Shown: piece by piece, positions 17,162-26,035 of the stretch | How positions within the stretch are numbered: the stretch's first letter is position 1 | Layout: each line of letters opens with the position of its first letter | NCBI GenBank assembly: GCA_964404595.1 | Contig: CAYOKQ010000003.1 | Location: 1 to 46,924, forward strand | Direction of reading: 5' to 3' | DNA length: 46,924 nucleotides | From: an uncultured Methanosarcinales archaeon | Lineage (GTDB): Archaea > Nanobdellota > Nanobdellia > Woesearchaeales > GW2011-AR9 | Notes under the pieces: model-generated | The model's input: the letters and a program-made list of their open reading frames with translations, nothing else | Databases searched by the model: none | Told to the model about the DNA's origin: nothing | Made by a program: the position numbers and the translations under genes

Positions 17162-17827
17162 CTATAAAAACATTTCCATATCCTGGTATTTATTTTTCTT
17201 AGTCCCTTTCAAAAACCATACTTTCTTCTTTTGATACGATTTCACTTTAAACCCGGCATTTTTAATAATCTCTTCCCATTCTTTTACACCAAAAGTGTTT
17301 ATTTCTTTCTGCCGCTGCCACTCATTGATCCTGGAAGCTGAGAATATCGCCACGAAACGGCCTTTGGGCTTTAGAGCTCTGGCAATCTCTTGAAGCAGTT
17401 CAAAATAATTTTCCACATAATTGAGCAAAAAGATAGCGGTCACCGAATCAAAGCTCTTATCTTTAAAAGGTAATTTTTCTTCCACATCTCCCTGAACTTT
17501 TTCATAGCATAGCTCGTTCAATTGTAGCATTTGGGGTGAAATATCAAATCCAACGGATGGAATATAACTGTAGGCGCCGCATCCTAGATCCAGATTTTTT
17601 CCTCTCGCAAGTGGCTGCAGTTCTTGTCTGATTATTTCTCGGACATTTTTCTCGATTTTTCGGACCCACATAAAGCTTTCCGCATTCCAGAACGATTCTT
17701 TATTTTCCGGCCAGCCGTGGGCCCACGGTATACTGGCGGCGATTTTTTTCAGTTTTGATTGTACCGGCTGTCCATACTGCAATTCCATCAGCCCTATCCG
17801 GAATTTGGTTTCAATGTTCATGGTCAA
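17162..17827 (-). CDS. Class I SAM-dependent methyltransferase
   Basis: Motif I NLDLGCGAYSY, the later FDSVTAIFLLNY, and LKPKGRFV. Confidence 0.75.
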   Translation of the reverse strand: MTMNIETKFRIGLMELQYGQPVQSKLKKIAASIPWAHGWPENKESFWNAESFMWVRKIEKNVREIIRQELQPLARGKNLDLGCGAYSYIPSVGFDISPQMLQLNELCYEKVQGDVEEKLPFKDKSFDSVTAIFLLNYVENYFELLQEIARALKPKGRFVAIFSASRINEWQRQKEINTFGVKEWEEIIKNAGFKVKSYQKKKVWFLKGTKKNKYQDMEMFL

Positions 17828-19002
17828 AATAAAAAGCTGGCAAAATTAGCCACCGCCTGCACCAGAAATCCTCCGGTAATACTATTGGTAATCAATACCA
17901 GCACCAGCATCAGGATGCGCCCCAAACAAATAAATATTTCCCTATTCACAAAATATGCCGCTACCTGCCCCTTCGCTTTATCGTATTCCAGGGCTCCCGT
18001 GGGTGATTCATGCGCAGCTCTCACTATAGAGGTGAGGATAGTAATTCCAAAGACTTGTGCAGCGGTATGAACAAAAGCAAGCAAAATCCATAAGCCGGAA
18101 TCGAGGATGCTGGTTATCCGAATGATAGTGCGTCTATTGCTATGGTCGCTATATCGGCCGATGAACCAGAACAAGACGATACTTGAGAGCGACATGAGCG
18201 AACCCACAATACCCATCGAAAAATAACTGCCTAAAATGAAGAAGATAAATAACGGCCACAGTACTCCATCAGCAATAATATGGGTTCCTCGGGAGACAAA
18301 GAAAAGGGAATCTTTCCAATTTCTGGTATCGAGTACTGATTTAAGTGAGAAATGATAAGGGGTATGATTTTCCCGGCGTAATAACAGTAAAAATCCGGAT
18401 GTAAATAAGATCACCGCAGCGAGGCTAAAAACGATATTAAACCCCAGCAATGTGATAAGCGACCCGCCGATAAAAGGTCCGGCCATGGTAGAGAGAACGG
18501 TCACGCTTGCTCTGGTGCCAACTTCTTCACCCCGATGATGCTTGTGAGACGCGTGATGGAATGCCTGATGCATGCCCATCCAATAGAAAGCTTGGGAGGA
18601 CCCCAAAAAAAGGCTGCCCAAGATCAGCAGCCAGGAAGTTGGAGGAAGAAAATAGATTACGGCGACAAAGAGCAAATAGAGAGGAATTCCCATCAAGACT
18701 GCATGGCGTATACCATAACGTGAACCAAATTTTGCCGCAAGGGGGGTGCATATGCCAAACGCAACGGAATAGAGGATAAAAAAGAGTAAAGTCTGCTCAA
18801 AGGTAAATCCTTTTTCTTGATAGATATAAATCGGGATAAAGATTGATATAAGTGAAATGGCAAAGGAGCGTAACGCTACTGACACATAAATCTGATACAG
18901 TTCCTTTTTTGGAAAGAATCTCCACCAGAACTCATGATGATTGACCATACTTACTAAATGAGAAAGAAAGTTTATAAAATGCACGGAAATCTTCTGCTTC
19001 AA
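17824..19002 (-). CDS. MFS-type transporter
   Basis: About 10-12 hydrophobic helices in two halves. There is a 4-nt overlap with the downstream methyltransferase. Confidence 0.65.
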   Translation of the reverse strand: MKQKISVHFINFLSHLVSMVNHHEFWWRFFPKKELYQIYVSVALRSFAISLISIFIPIYIYQEKGFTFEQTLLFFILYSVAFGICTPLAAKFGSRYGIRHAVLMGIPLYLLFVAVIYFLPPTSWLLILGSLFLGSSQAFYWMGMHQAFHHASHKHHRGEEVGTRASVTVLSTMAGPFIGGSLITLLGFNIVFSLAAVILFTSGFLLLLRRENHTPYHFSLKSVLDTRNWKDSLFFVSRGTHIIADGVLWPLFIFFILGSYFSMGIVGSLMSLSSIVLFWFIGRYSDHSNRRTIIRITSILDSGLWILLAFVHTAAQVFGITILTSIVRAAHESPTGALEYDKAKGQVAAYFVNREIFICLGRILMLVLVLITNSITGGFLVQAVANFASFLF

Positions 19003-19027
19003 TGGTTGATATTAAAGTTCATCCTTT

Positions 19028-19342
19028 TCAGAAATGGGAAGTTTCTTTCATCTTATCTTCGAGAATTTTAATCAGCTTAGAATCACCATAACCATACACA
19101 TCAGGGATATCAAGTGACAAAATTCTTTTTTGCATATATAACTTAGGGAATCGTTTGGCTATTTCGTTTCGCTGTCCTTCTTCCATCACGATAACTGTAT
19201 CTGCCCACGACATTTCTTTTGAAGTAACGGGCTTAGTATTATAGAGTCCGGCTGATCTAGTATCAAACTTATGTTTAAAAATATCTTCAGCAGTTTTACT
19301 GCGATGCTTATTTTGGTTGCAGATGAACAAGATTTTTTTCAT
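19028..19342 (-). CDS. Low-molecular-weight phosphatase-fold protein
   Basis: The N-terminal ILFICNQNKHRSKTAE fits the C-X5-R-S P-loop of LMW-PTP/ArsC-fold enzymes. There is only one Cys, so it is not a thioredoxin-coupled ArsC. Confidence 0.65.
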   Translation of the reverse strand: MKKILFICNQNKHRSKTAEDIFKHKFDTRSAGLYNTKPVTSKEMSWADTVIVMEEGQRNEIAKRFPKLYMQKRILSLDIPDVYGYGDSKLIKILEDKMKETSHF

Positions 19343-19421
19343 ACTTTAAGAGAGGGACGAAGGGCTTATAAATTTTTTGATACAAACTTTAATAAATGAA
19401 AGTTCTGGCAAGAACCCCTGA

Positions 19422-20198
19422 ATGGGATCAACAACAGCTGCACGTGAAACCTTTGGCAAGGTTAGTGAGTTATATGAAACATCGAGAATAGGTTATCCTA
19501 CGCAGCTTATTGAAGACATTATCATCTATTCGAAAATACGATCAAATAGCAGCATATTAGATGTTGGCTGCGGTTCTGGCCAATTGACGTTTCCTTTTGC
19601 TCAACATGGATTTAAGATTATGGGGTTGGACCTTAGCAAGGACATGATCACTCTTGCATCAAAAAAATGCTCTCAATTTCTCAATGTAAATTTTAAATTA
19701 GGTTTATTCGAAGAAGCTCAATTTCCTAACAAAACCTTCAACTTAATTGTTTCGGGCATGGCCTGGCATTGGGTGACTTCTGAAGATAGATACGATAAAA
19801 TTAATCGACTTCTTACGAAAGATGGGGCGCTGGCTTTGTGTTGGTCGTATCAATATGGTGAGGCCAAATTTCGACAGGATGTGGGTAAAATTCTTGATAA
19901 ATATGGGAAAAGTGAAGGGCAAACTGGCCCAAAAATTCCCCTTTATGCTGCTTCTGCCCACGAAGAGTTAAAGAAGAATTCTTTATTTAAATCTGTAATT
20001 CGAAAAGAATATCAGGAAGATATTAAGTTCAGCAAAGAAAAATATCTTAATTTAGTGCTTACCTATCATTGGGTTCAGCTTTTGTCTGAGAACAAGAGAG
20101 AAAAATTAGTTCAAGACTTTCATGAATTGTATAACCGGTATGGAGAGATTTTAATTATTCCATACAAGTTTGTGGTAATCATTGCCAAGAAGAAATAA
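19422..20198 (+). CDS. Class I SAM-dependent methyltransferase
   Basis: Motif I ILDVGCGSGQLT, then FNLIVSGMAWHW. Confidence 0.75.
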   Translation: MGSTTAARETFGKVSELYETSRIGYPTQLIEDIIIYSKIRSNSSILDVGCGSGQLTFPFAQHGFKIMGLDLSKDMITLASKKCSQFLNVNFKLGLFEEAQFPNKTFNLIVSGMAWHWVTSEDRYDKINRLLTKDGALALCWSYQYGEAKFRQDVGKILDKYGKSEGQTGPKIPLYAASAHEELKKNSLFKSVIRKEYQEDIKFSKEKYLNLVLTYHWVQLLSENKREKLVQDFHELYNRYGEILIIPYKFVVIIAKKK

Positions 20199-20206
20199 AT
20201 CTTATA

Positions 20207-20539
20207 TTATTTTTCTTTGGATGTTAACTTAAATTTAATAATTTTTAGTTTAGTTTTTGGAGTTATATTCTTATTATAAAGTGTTGAAAAATGTGAATAC
20301 ATCGCTTCATCAGAAATATGCTTTTTATTTCCTTCCCAATCCTCTGCTGTTAATTTTTCAAAAGTAGTTTCTTTTACTGATATTATTTTTGCTGTGGCAA
20401 ATTCTTTACTTTCTTTGTCACAGAGCGAGATAGGATCATTTATGCTTAAATCTTTGTCATCGTCAATTCTCCAGGTAGAGGTCTTTTCTCCACGTAATAT
20501 CCTTTCGGGAAGGCCTGACATAAATTTAAGTTTCTTCAT
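20207..20539 (-). CDS. ASCH-domain protein
   Basis: From the Met at 20539: MKKLKFMSGLPERILRGEKTSTWRIDDD...ATAKIISVKETTFEKL is a typical ASCH beta-barrel pattern. Confidence 0.65.
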   Translation of the reverse strand: MKKLKFMSGLPERILRGEKTSTWRIDDDKDLSINDPISLCDKESKEFATAKIISVKETTFEKLTAEDWEGNKKHISDEAMYSHFSTLYNKNITPKTKLKIIKFKLTSKEK

Positions 20540-20579
20540 CGTAGGATTTTTCTCATGACATTCGAAACCAGAAATTTTC

Positions 20580-20792
20580 TTAAGCTGTGACACGATCAAC
20601 AACCTCAAAAGCGGTAAGGAGTGATCGAGGTGTTTCTTTCAGAGGAAATTCCTCTAAATATAATTCAGTTGCTTCTTTGAGATTATTGATCGCTTCCTCT
20701 ATGGTATACCCCTGACTCACAGTCCCGATTTCTGGGCAGGCAGCTACATACATATCTTCTTCTTTGTGAATTAAAGCAGTCAATGTTTTCAT
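20580..20792 (-). CDS. hicB: HicB-like antitoxin (UPF0150 fold), no intact HicA partner seen
   Basis: YVAACPEIGTVSQGYTIEEAINNLKEATELYLEE is a classic HicB N-terminal domain. Confidence 0.7.
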   Translation of the reverse strand: MKTLTALIHKEEDMYVAACPEIGTVSQGYTIEEAINNLKEATELYLEEFPLKETPRSLLTAFEVVDRVTA

Positions 20793-20882
20793 GGTCTATA
20801 ATAATTCTTCTTTCTATTTAAGTTTTATGGTTAATTTTCTCCATAATCTTAATAAAGTATTCGCTTATTTTCAGCTTCCAAT

Positions 20883-21071
20883 GGGCTTGTAGTCTAGCGG
20901 CTATGACGTCTCGTTGACGAAGATCATCTTCAGAATCGAGAAGGTCCCCGGCAAACTTTAATAAAGTTTGATCAAAGGGCGGGCATAAAGCCCACCGAAC
21001 AAAAACTTTAGTACTGTTTGGGGAATTCGAAAACTTTCCGGATAGGAACGTCGACTGTCCGGGCAGGCCCA
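20883..21071 (+). tRNA. tRNA-Val(GAC) with an anticodon-loop intron and large insertion(s) in the T-arm
   Basis: - 5-prime part: acceptor GGGCTTG, D-arm GTCT-AGCGGCTA-TGAC, anticodon stem TCTCG/CGAGA with loop TTGACG interrupted by about 16 nt (20920-20935), variable AGGTC, T-stem 5-prime CCCGG (20947-51).
- 3-prime part: TTCGAAA (21026-32), T-stem 3-prime CCGGG (21059-63), acceptor CAGGCCC (21064-70), discriminator A, then T8. Confidence 0.5.
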
Positions 21072-21079
21072 TTTTTTTT
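21072..21079 (+). terminator. Oligo-T terminator after tRNA-Val
   Basis: A run of 8 T starts immediately after the discriminator base. Confidence 0.5.
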
Positions 21080-21096
21080 ATTAAAATAATGCTTTA

Positions 21097-21522
21097 TTAT
21101 AACTTAGTAATTTCTTCGAGTTGAACTTTACAACTCCCTGGCATATGTGTTTCAAAGCAGGCTCGGGAAACTGGAACTCTCACTCTATCGCCAATATTGA
21201 AACGTGCCTCAATTTGTGAAAGACTCAATTTGTCGGATTCAACTTGAAGTTGTACCCAAGATTGTCCGTATTGTTGATCAGGCTGAAAGCCAAGAAGATA
21301 AGCGTTAGGAATAATTCCGGCTCCACCACAGCCTTCACCCACTTGGAGTTCCCCCGGAATATTATTGCCAACATTTCCTTCGCTCACAATTGCTCCACTC
21401 ATTTCTGTTCTGGCCTGACGGTAGAGCAAGTCATAGCCGTTCATACCAATCCATGCTGCTGCGGTAAGTCCTACAGCTCCCCGCAGGCAGTAATCTAAAA
21501 ATGTGGTTGTCATGTGTATCAC
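21097..21522 (-). CDS. Hypothetical membrane-anchored protein
   Basis: 141-aa ORF with an N-terminal hydrophobic helix (GAVGLTAAAWIGMNGY). Confidence 0.5.
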   Translation of the reverse strand: MIHMTTTFLDYCLRGAVGLTAAAWIGMNGYDLLYRQARTEMSGAIVSEGNVGNNIPGELQVGEGCGGAGIIPNAYLLGFQPDQQYGQSWVQLQVESDKLSLSQIEARFNIGDRVRVPVSRACFETHMPGSCKVQLEEITKL

Positions 21523-21525
21523 CTT

Positions 21526-21834
21526 TTATTGTTGTAATAATCTTTCTAATTCTCGTTTCTTTTCGTTCATTTCTCTTTCTTTGCCAGCTGAAATAAAAGC
21601 GAAAGTTATTGATGCAGCATATACTCCTAATGTCACAATTCCTTGAAGCTCATTTCCAGACTGAAAATCGGCTCTAATCCCTGAGTACGTAGCATGCCCA
21701 CTCAAAAACAAACCGGCAGCCGCACCGAAGGCTATATCACTCAATCGAGCTCTGGAAAGGTAGCTCTCTACTTTAGATGAATATTCTCGAACTGCATCAG
21801 TAATGTTTTGGTTGTTTGTCATTTTTGTATTCAC
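21526..21834 (-). CDS. Hypothetical small membrane protein
   Basis: 102-aa ORF with two hydrophobic segments. A 3-nt spacer separates it from the downstream ORF. Confidence 0.5.
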   Translation of the reverse strand: MNTKMTNNQNITDAVREYSSKVESYLSRARLSDIAFGAAAGLFLSGHATYSGIRADFQSGNELQGIVTLGVYAASITFAFISAGKEREMNEKKRELERLLQQ

Positions 21835-21961
21835 CTTCTGTAGGTTGTTATCTCTAAGTAGTCAACCACAAGAATATAATCTTCTCCATTATAAATTATA
21901 ATTTAACTAATAATTATAATTTTTAGAAAGATTTATAACTTTGAGCTTATTTTTACCTGAA

Positions 21962-22876
21962 ATGAAGCGGAAAATCATCCAATTAGCCGGAACCACCTAC
22001 GTTGTAAGTCTCCCTCTCAAATGGGTCAGAGCACAGAATGTCCATAAAGGGCAGGAGATTAATCTTGATCTCAAAGAAAACCAAGTGATTCTTACCATTG
22101 GAGATTACAAACCGGTAGGCGAAACCAAAGAAATACGTTTTCCAGCGGATGCGCCTGCTCGTTATATACGAAGTTCTATTAATAACCTATTCAGAAGGGG
22201 AGTTATAGAGTTAAAAGTTACCTTTGATGAGCCAAAACTGCTTCCTGCCATTAGAGATGCCTTGCAAGAAACAATCGGGTATGAAATCATTACCCAAAAA
22301 CAGAATTATTGTGTCATTAAAAATGTTGCCGGAATTTATGAGCAGGAGTTTGATAATCTGTTGAGACGATTATTCTTAATGGCAATATCATTAAGTGAGG
22401 AAAGCTATGAGCAATTACGCATAAATATGTTTAAAGATATTTCAACTTTTGAACACCAGCGAGATACGATAGAGAAAATTATGAACTCGTGCTGTCAGAT
22501 TCTGAATACGACTGACCGTTCGTCAAAAACAGTGAGTAAATTTACCTATCTTATTGTCTATACCCTAGAAAAGATTGCCAATGAATGGATGTACATCCTC
22601 AGATTCATTTCTAAAAATAAACTTAAATTAAAGCGTGAGACGCTGGACTATTATAATGAAGCGGCGAAATTCATACGAAGCTTCTATGAAAATTACTATA
22701 AAAAAGAAACTTCTACTATCGTTCCTTTGACCAAACAGAAAGAAGAATTAATTCACAGAGGATATGGATTATTACAAAAAGCCTCTAAAGAAGAAACAGT
22801 AGTTATCCACCACCTTCTTAATATTGTGAGGCGTAGTTATGAAATGACTGGGCCTTTTTTAGGAGAAACACTATAA
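21962..22876 (+). CDS. AbrB/SpoVT-domain plus PhoU-like regulator
   Basis: MKRKIIQLAGTTYVVSLPLKWVRAQNVHKGQEINL is a SpoVT/AbrB swapped-hairpin motif. It is followed by a helical domain of about 200 aa, the architecture of archaeal PhoU-like regulators. The ORF track begins at a TTG codon at 21941. Confidence 0.65.
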   Translation: MKRKIIQLAGTTYVVSLPLKWVRAQNVHKGQEINLDLKENQVILTIGDYKPVGETKEIRFPADAPARYIRSSINNLFRRGVIELKVTFDEPKLLPAIRDALQETIGYEIITQKQNYCVIKNVAGIYEQEFDNLLRRLFLMAISLSEESYEQLRINMFKDISTFEHQRDTIEKIMNSCCQILNTTDRSSKTVSKFTYLIVYTLEKIANEWMYILRFISKNKLKLKRETLDYYNEAAKFIRSFYENYYKKETSTIVPLTKQKEELIHRGYGLLQKASKEETVVIHHLLNIVRRSYEMTGPFLGETL

Positions 22877-24331
22877 TCATTGGAATTGTAGTGGTTGATA
22901 CGCAGATTCAATTCTTGCTTTTTCTGCTTCTCCAACTTCGACAAGATTTCTTGCATGTATCAATCGCTTCATCCATTGTTGCTGTAGGAAACGATTAAGA
23001 TATTCTATTTGCTGCCCTTCTTTCCCTAGAGGAAATTCTTGTGGCGCAGGGAAATAATCTCTATTACAGACCAAATGTCGCAATCCTAAACCAAGATTGG
23101 CAAGCAATTCATTGGTTTCCTCTTGAATTGCAGTTATATTGTCTGCTTTTCTCTCTGCTGTAGCTCTGTCTATCTTTGCACCCATAAGTCGGACAGTCTC
23201 GTACCATTCTGCTTTTCCTAAAGAGTGTTTATATCCTGCCCTTTCTTGATGAGGAGCATCCACGCCTGCAACAGTATCTATGTTTTCTCGAACACATCGT
23301 TGATCATAGCGTGCGACCATCAGAGCATTGCCATCTCGAATAAAACCTATATGCCCTAACATAGGCACACCTGCAGCAGTCATTCGTAATAATGAGTAAT
23401 CCTGTTGTTCAATACCGAGCATTAAACGTTCTAAATCTATGCGTATGATATCGTCAACGTCAAATGGTATTGTATCAATCCATTGATCGCCAGATTCAGC
23501 TAGCCTTGCTGCAATTTTTTCCTGGTCAACAAACCAGTTTGAAGCCACCGCATCTACTGTGATCATAACAGTAGGGTTTTCTTTAAAGCCAAGGAATCTG
23601 GTCAGGTCTTCTTTAAACTCCCGATTATAAAATCCAAAAGCTTTCATGACACGGTAAGCATGATAATTATCTTTAATGTCATCAACAGTTACTTCATCGA
23701 TCCCTTCAAAGAAAGGCAATAGCTTTCGTGCCCAATATTCCTGCAGAAAATCTTTCTCATCTGCGTGAAGTGTTTCATTTATTGCTGTATTAAGTGTCAA
23801 TCGTCTTCGGTTTATTTCTTCAAATACGAGGGATTTGGCGTTAGGGCTTACTCGCTCATCATCAAGATATACATTAAAAGGAGTTAAGCCAACGGTTTTG
23901 GTACGAATATCTCCCTCTCCGGCTGCTCGTCTCGCAATTGCAAGTTTATCTTGATAGTTTGCAGCAAGAACGGCGTACACTTTATCAACAATGGTTCTAT
24001 ATCTTGTCTCGTCATCTATAACCGGAGAATTTTTGGAATGTTGATCTTGCACTACCATGATTCGAAGGGGAGCTGTACCTACAGCTTCTGCTAGTTTAGC
24101 TAGATCAATATGAGCTTCATATGTTTCTACTCCTGCCACACGCCGCACCTGCGCGCCCGAAGCACCACTTGTCCCGCTTCTTGCAATTTCTTCCAGAGTA
24201 ACAGTAGTAGTTCCTAAAGATCGTTTACGAGCAGCAAGAGCTTCAAGCAATTCAGCTGGGATACGAATATAGGCAAATTCGTTTTCAACACCTCGTTGCA
24301 AGCGACCTAACACTTCTTCATCTTTTGCCAT
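22877..24331 (-). CDS. Hypothetical protein (484 aa), no recognisable family
   Basis: Long clean ORF. Its start ATG shares a base with the stop of the upstream zinc-ribbon ORF (TAATG). Confidence 0.6.
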   Translation of the reverse strand: MAKDEEVLGRLQRGVENEFAYIRIPAELLEALAARKRSLGTTTVTLEEIARSGTSGASGAQVRRVAGVETYEAHIDLAKLAEAVGTAPLRIMVVQDQHSKNSPVIDDETRYRTIVDKVYAVLAANYQDKLAIARRAAGEGDIRTKTVGLTPFNVYLDDERVSPNAKSLVFEEINRRRLTLNTAINETLHADEKDFLQEYWARKLLPFFEGIDEVTVDDIKDNYHAYRVMKAFGFYNREFKEDLTRFLGFKENPTVMITVDAVASNWFVDQEKIAARLAESGDQWIDTIPFDVDDIIRIDLERLMLGIEQQDYSLLRMTAAGVPMLGHIGFIRDGNALMVARYDQRCVRENIDTVAGVDAPHQERAGYKHSLGKAEWYETVRLMGAKIDRATAERKADNITAIQEETNELLANLGLGLRHLVCNRDYFPAPQEFPLGKEGQQIEYLNRFLQQQWMKRLIHARNLVEVGEAEKARIESAYQPLQFQ

Positions 24332-24489
24332 TATATTCCTGCCTCCTTCAGAAGCAGTCTGAAATCAACTATTTTGTATCTGGCTTGTTCATAATCAAAA
24401 CGTCGTTTGCAGCGAGGGCAGGCTTTAGGAGTAGAAACTCGTGAAAGCCATTCGTACAGGCAAAAAGTGCAATGTTGTTGGTTAGTCAT
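24331..24489 (-). CDS. Small zinc-ribbon protein (52 aa)
   Basis: My own translation is MTNQQHCTFCLYEWLSRVSTPKACPRCKRRFDYEQARYKIVDFRLLLKEAGI*. It carries C-x2-C-x13-C-x2-C and is below the ORF-track cutoff. Confidence 0.5.
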   Translation of the reverse strand: MTNQQHCTFCLYEWLSRVSTPKACPRCKRRFDYEQARYKIVDFRLLLKEAGI

Positions 24490-24655
24490 AATAGTAATAA
24501 TAAAACGTGCCTATTTATAAAACTTTCTTTTATTATTACTAACAAGTAAAAACAAAATAACAAAAGATACCAAAAGCTGGGAGGATAAAATTAGCCCCTA
24601 TCTCACTTGATTTATTCCCACAAAACATATAAATCAACCCTTCTTTTCTGAGCCT

Positions 24656-25111
24656 ATGCCTCTTCCTACACAACAGCCCCTCTATGTCCTGCATCAGAAA
24701 ACCGGCCGGGCAGTGCTGCCTAAACTCATCATATTGCTGGTGCTCGGTGTCATTTTTTATATTGGCGTTTTGCTTAACGTCAATCTACTCGATCTGAGTG
24801 CCTCGCAGGAAACGAGTATTCAAATCGGAACCTTTGCCTTTTTATTGCTCGTGATAATTATCGGCGTAATTCTGGCAGGGAAAAAAGCACATGTGCCTTA
24901 CCTCTTTTATAACACCAAAATTATCCATGGCAAAAAAGAAATAGCTTATTCTGCCATCCTCAACACTCAATCCCATTCTGATTTTCTGGGCAAGATATTT
25001 AAAACCTATTCTATGAATCTAGGCAATGATTTTCATTTGCGCCACATTCCACAGGAAGTTCAGATAAAAGAGTATATTGAGCAGATGATGCAGTATGCGA
25101 AGAATCATTGA
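24656..25111 (+). CDS. Membrane protein with two TM helices and a C-terminal bacterial-PH-like domain
   Basis: Two hydrophobic helices (LIILLVLGVIFYIGVLL, FAFLLLVIIIGVILAG) are followed by a soluble domain of about 70 aa. The layout resembles YdbS/DUF304-type proteins. Confidence 0.45.
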   Translation: MPLPTQQPLYVLHQKTGRAVLPKLIILLVLGVIFYIGVLLNVNLLDLSASQETSIQIGTFAFLLLVIIIGVILAGKKAHVPYLFYNTKIIHGKKEIAYSAILNTQSHSDFLGKIFKTYSMNLGNDFHLRHIPQEVQIKEYIEQMMQYAKNH

Positions 25112-25133
25112 TTAAAATCCGCTTATGACTTCT

Positions 25134-25988
25134 TTACCCATATATCAACACTGCCGTAATTACAACCCACAGCAATATTCCCATCATCATCGCTGTATCT
25201 CTTACCACTTTCTCCGGATGCCGGCCAATTGCTGAGCCGTTATTGATCAAGTAATAAAATCGAAATATCATAAACAAAGCGAAGGGCAGCGTATAGAGTA
25301 GATTACGATGCTCACTCAGGAAAGAGTATAAAGCATAGGATATCACCAGTAAGGTAGTAGAAATAATCATCAGCGAATCAGTCAGTTCGTGATTATATTC
25401 TCGCAATACTTTTCGCGTTGCGGCCGCTTTTTCTTTCAAAAAATGCAGCTCCGCATGCCTTTTTCCCACTGACAGGAAGAGTGACAGAAAGAAAGGGCAT
25501 AACACTAGCCAAGGAGAAATGGTAACATTGATGGCCAGCGCTCCGGCAATGGCCCGAATGACAAACAGCGTCGCAATGGCCAGTATATCAGCAAAGATAA
25601 TATTCTTCAGATAGAAAGTATAGAGTTGCGAGAGGATAAATAAAGATAGGGCAGCTGCCAAAAATGGAATGCCTATGGTGTACGCGACTATTAATCCCCC
25701 CCCTAAGCATAGTAATGCCAAAATTATTCCTGTCGTTGTGCTTATTTTTCCTGAGGCAAGTGGTCTTAATTTTTTTTCTGCCTGCAGGCGGTCTTTCTGA
25801 AGATCGACCAGATCATTAATGATATAATTTGCGCCAGAGATAAGGCATAGGGAGAAAAAAGCCAGTGTGCTGGTAAAAAATAAATTGGTATTGAGCATAT
25901 TGCCGGAGAAAAAGAGAGCCAGAAATACAACGAGGTTCTTGTACCATTGATGTACACGAAGGAGCTGACATAATTCTTTAGCTTTCAT
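25134..25988 (-). CDS. UbiA-family prenyltransferase (decaprenyl-phosphate phosphoribosyltransferase-like)
   Basis: First Asp-rich motif NDLVDLQKDR (N-D-x-x-D-x-x-x-D) and about 8 TM helices. Confidence 0.8.
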   Translation of the reverse strand: MKAKELCQLLRVHQWYKNLVVFLALFFSGNMLNTNLFFTSTLAFFSLCLISGANYIINDLVDLQKDRLQAEKKLRPLASGKISTTTGIILALLCLGGGLIVAYTIGIPFLAAALSLFILSQLYTFYLKNIIFADILAIATLFVIRAIAGALAINVTISPWLVLCPFFLSLFLSVGKRHAELHFLKEKAAATRKVLREYNHELTDSLMIISTTLLVISYALYSFLSEHRNLLYTLPFALFMIFRFYYLINNGSAIGRHPEKVVRDTAMMMGILLWVVITAVLIYG

Positions 25989-26035
25989 GATGTTTCATTT
26001 TTTAAACAATTGTTTACCTATTTTAAACATTATCT

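Noticed and set aside
19028-19342. Arsenic-resistance interpretation of the LMW phosphatase plus MFS plus SAM methyltransferase array
   Set aside because: LMW-type ArsC needs a three-cysteine relay and this protein has a single Cys. Nothing in the methyltransferase shows the Cys motifs of ArsM.
20540-20608. Possible hicA remnant fused to the ASCH ORF N-terminus (..SQLKKISGFECHEKN..)
   Set aside because: The resemblance to the HicA L-K-K-x-G-F segment spans only about 10 residues and overlaps the hicB 3-prime end in another frame. This is too weak, and the ASCH gene most likely starts at the Met at 20539.
20987-20994. Alternative shorter 3-prime end for tRNA-Val (AAAGCCCA)
   Set aside because: It pairs with 6 of 7 acceptor bases. 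However, no arrangement of the preceding 40 nt yields a T-arm complementary to CCCGG, and no T-run follows. The distal end at 21059-21079 supplies the T-stem, the acceptor and a terminator together.
20818-21072. 84-aa minus-strand ORF in the track
   Set aside because: It lies entirely over the tRNA-Val locus and its insertions. It has no promoter-like spacing or motif and is most likely a shadow ORF.
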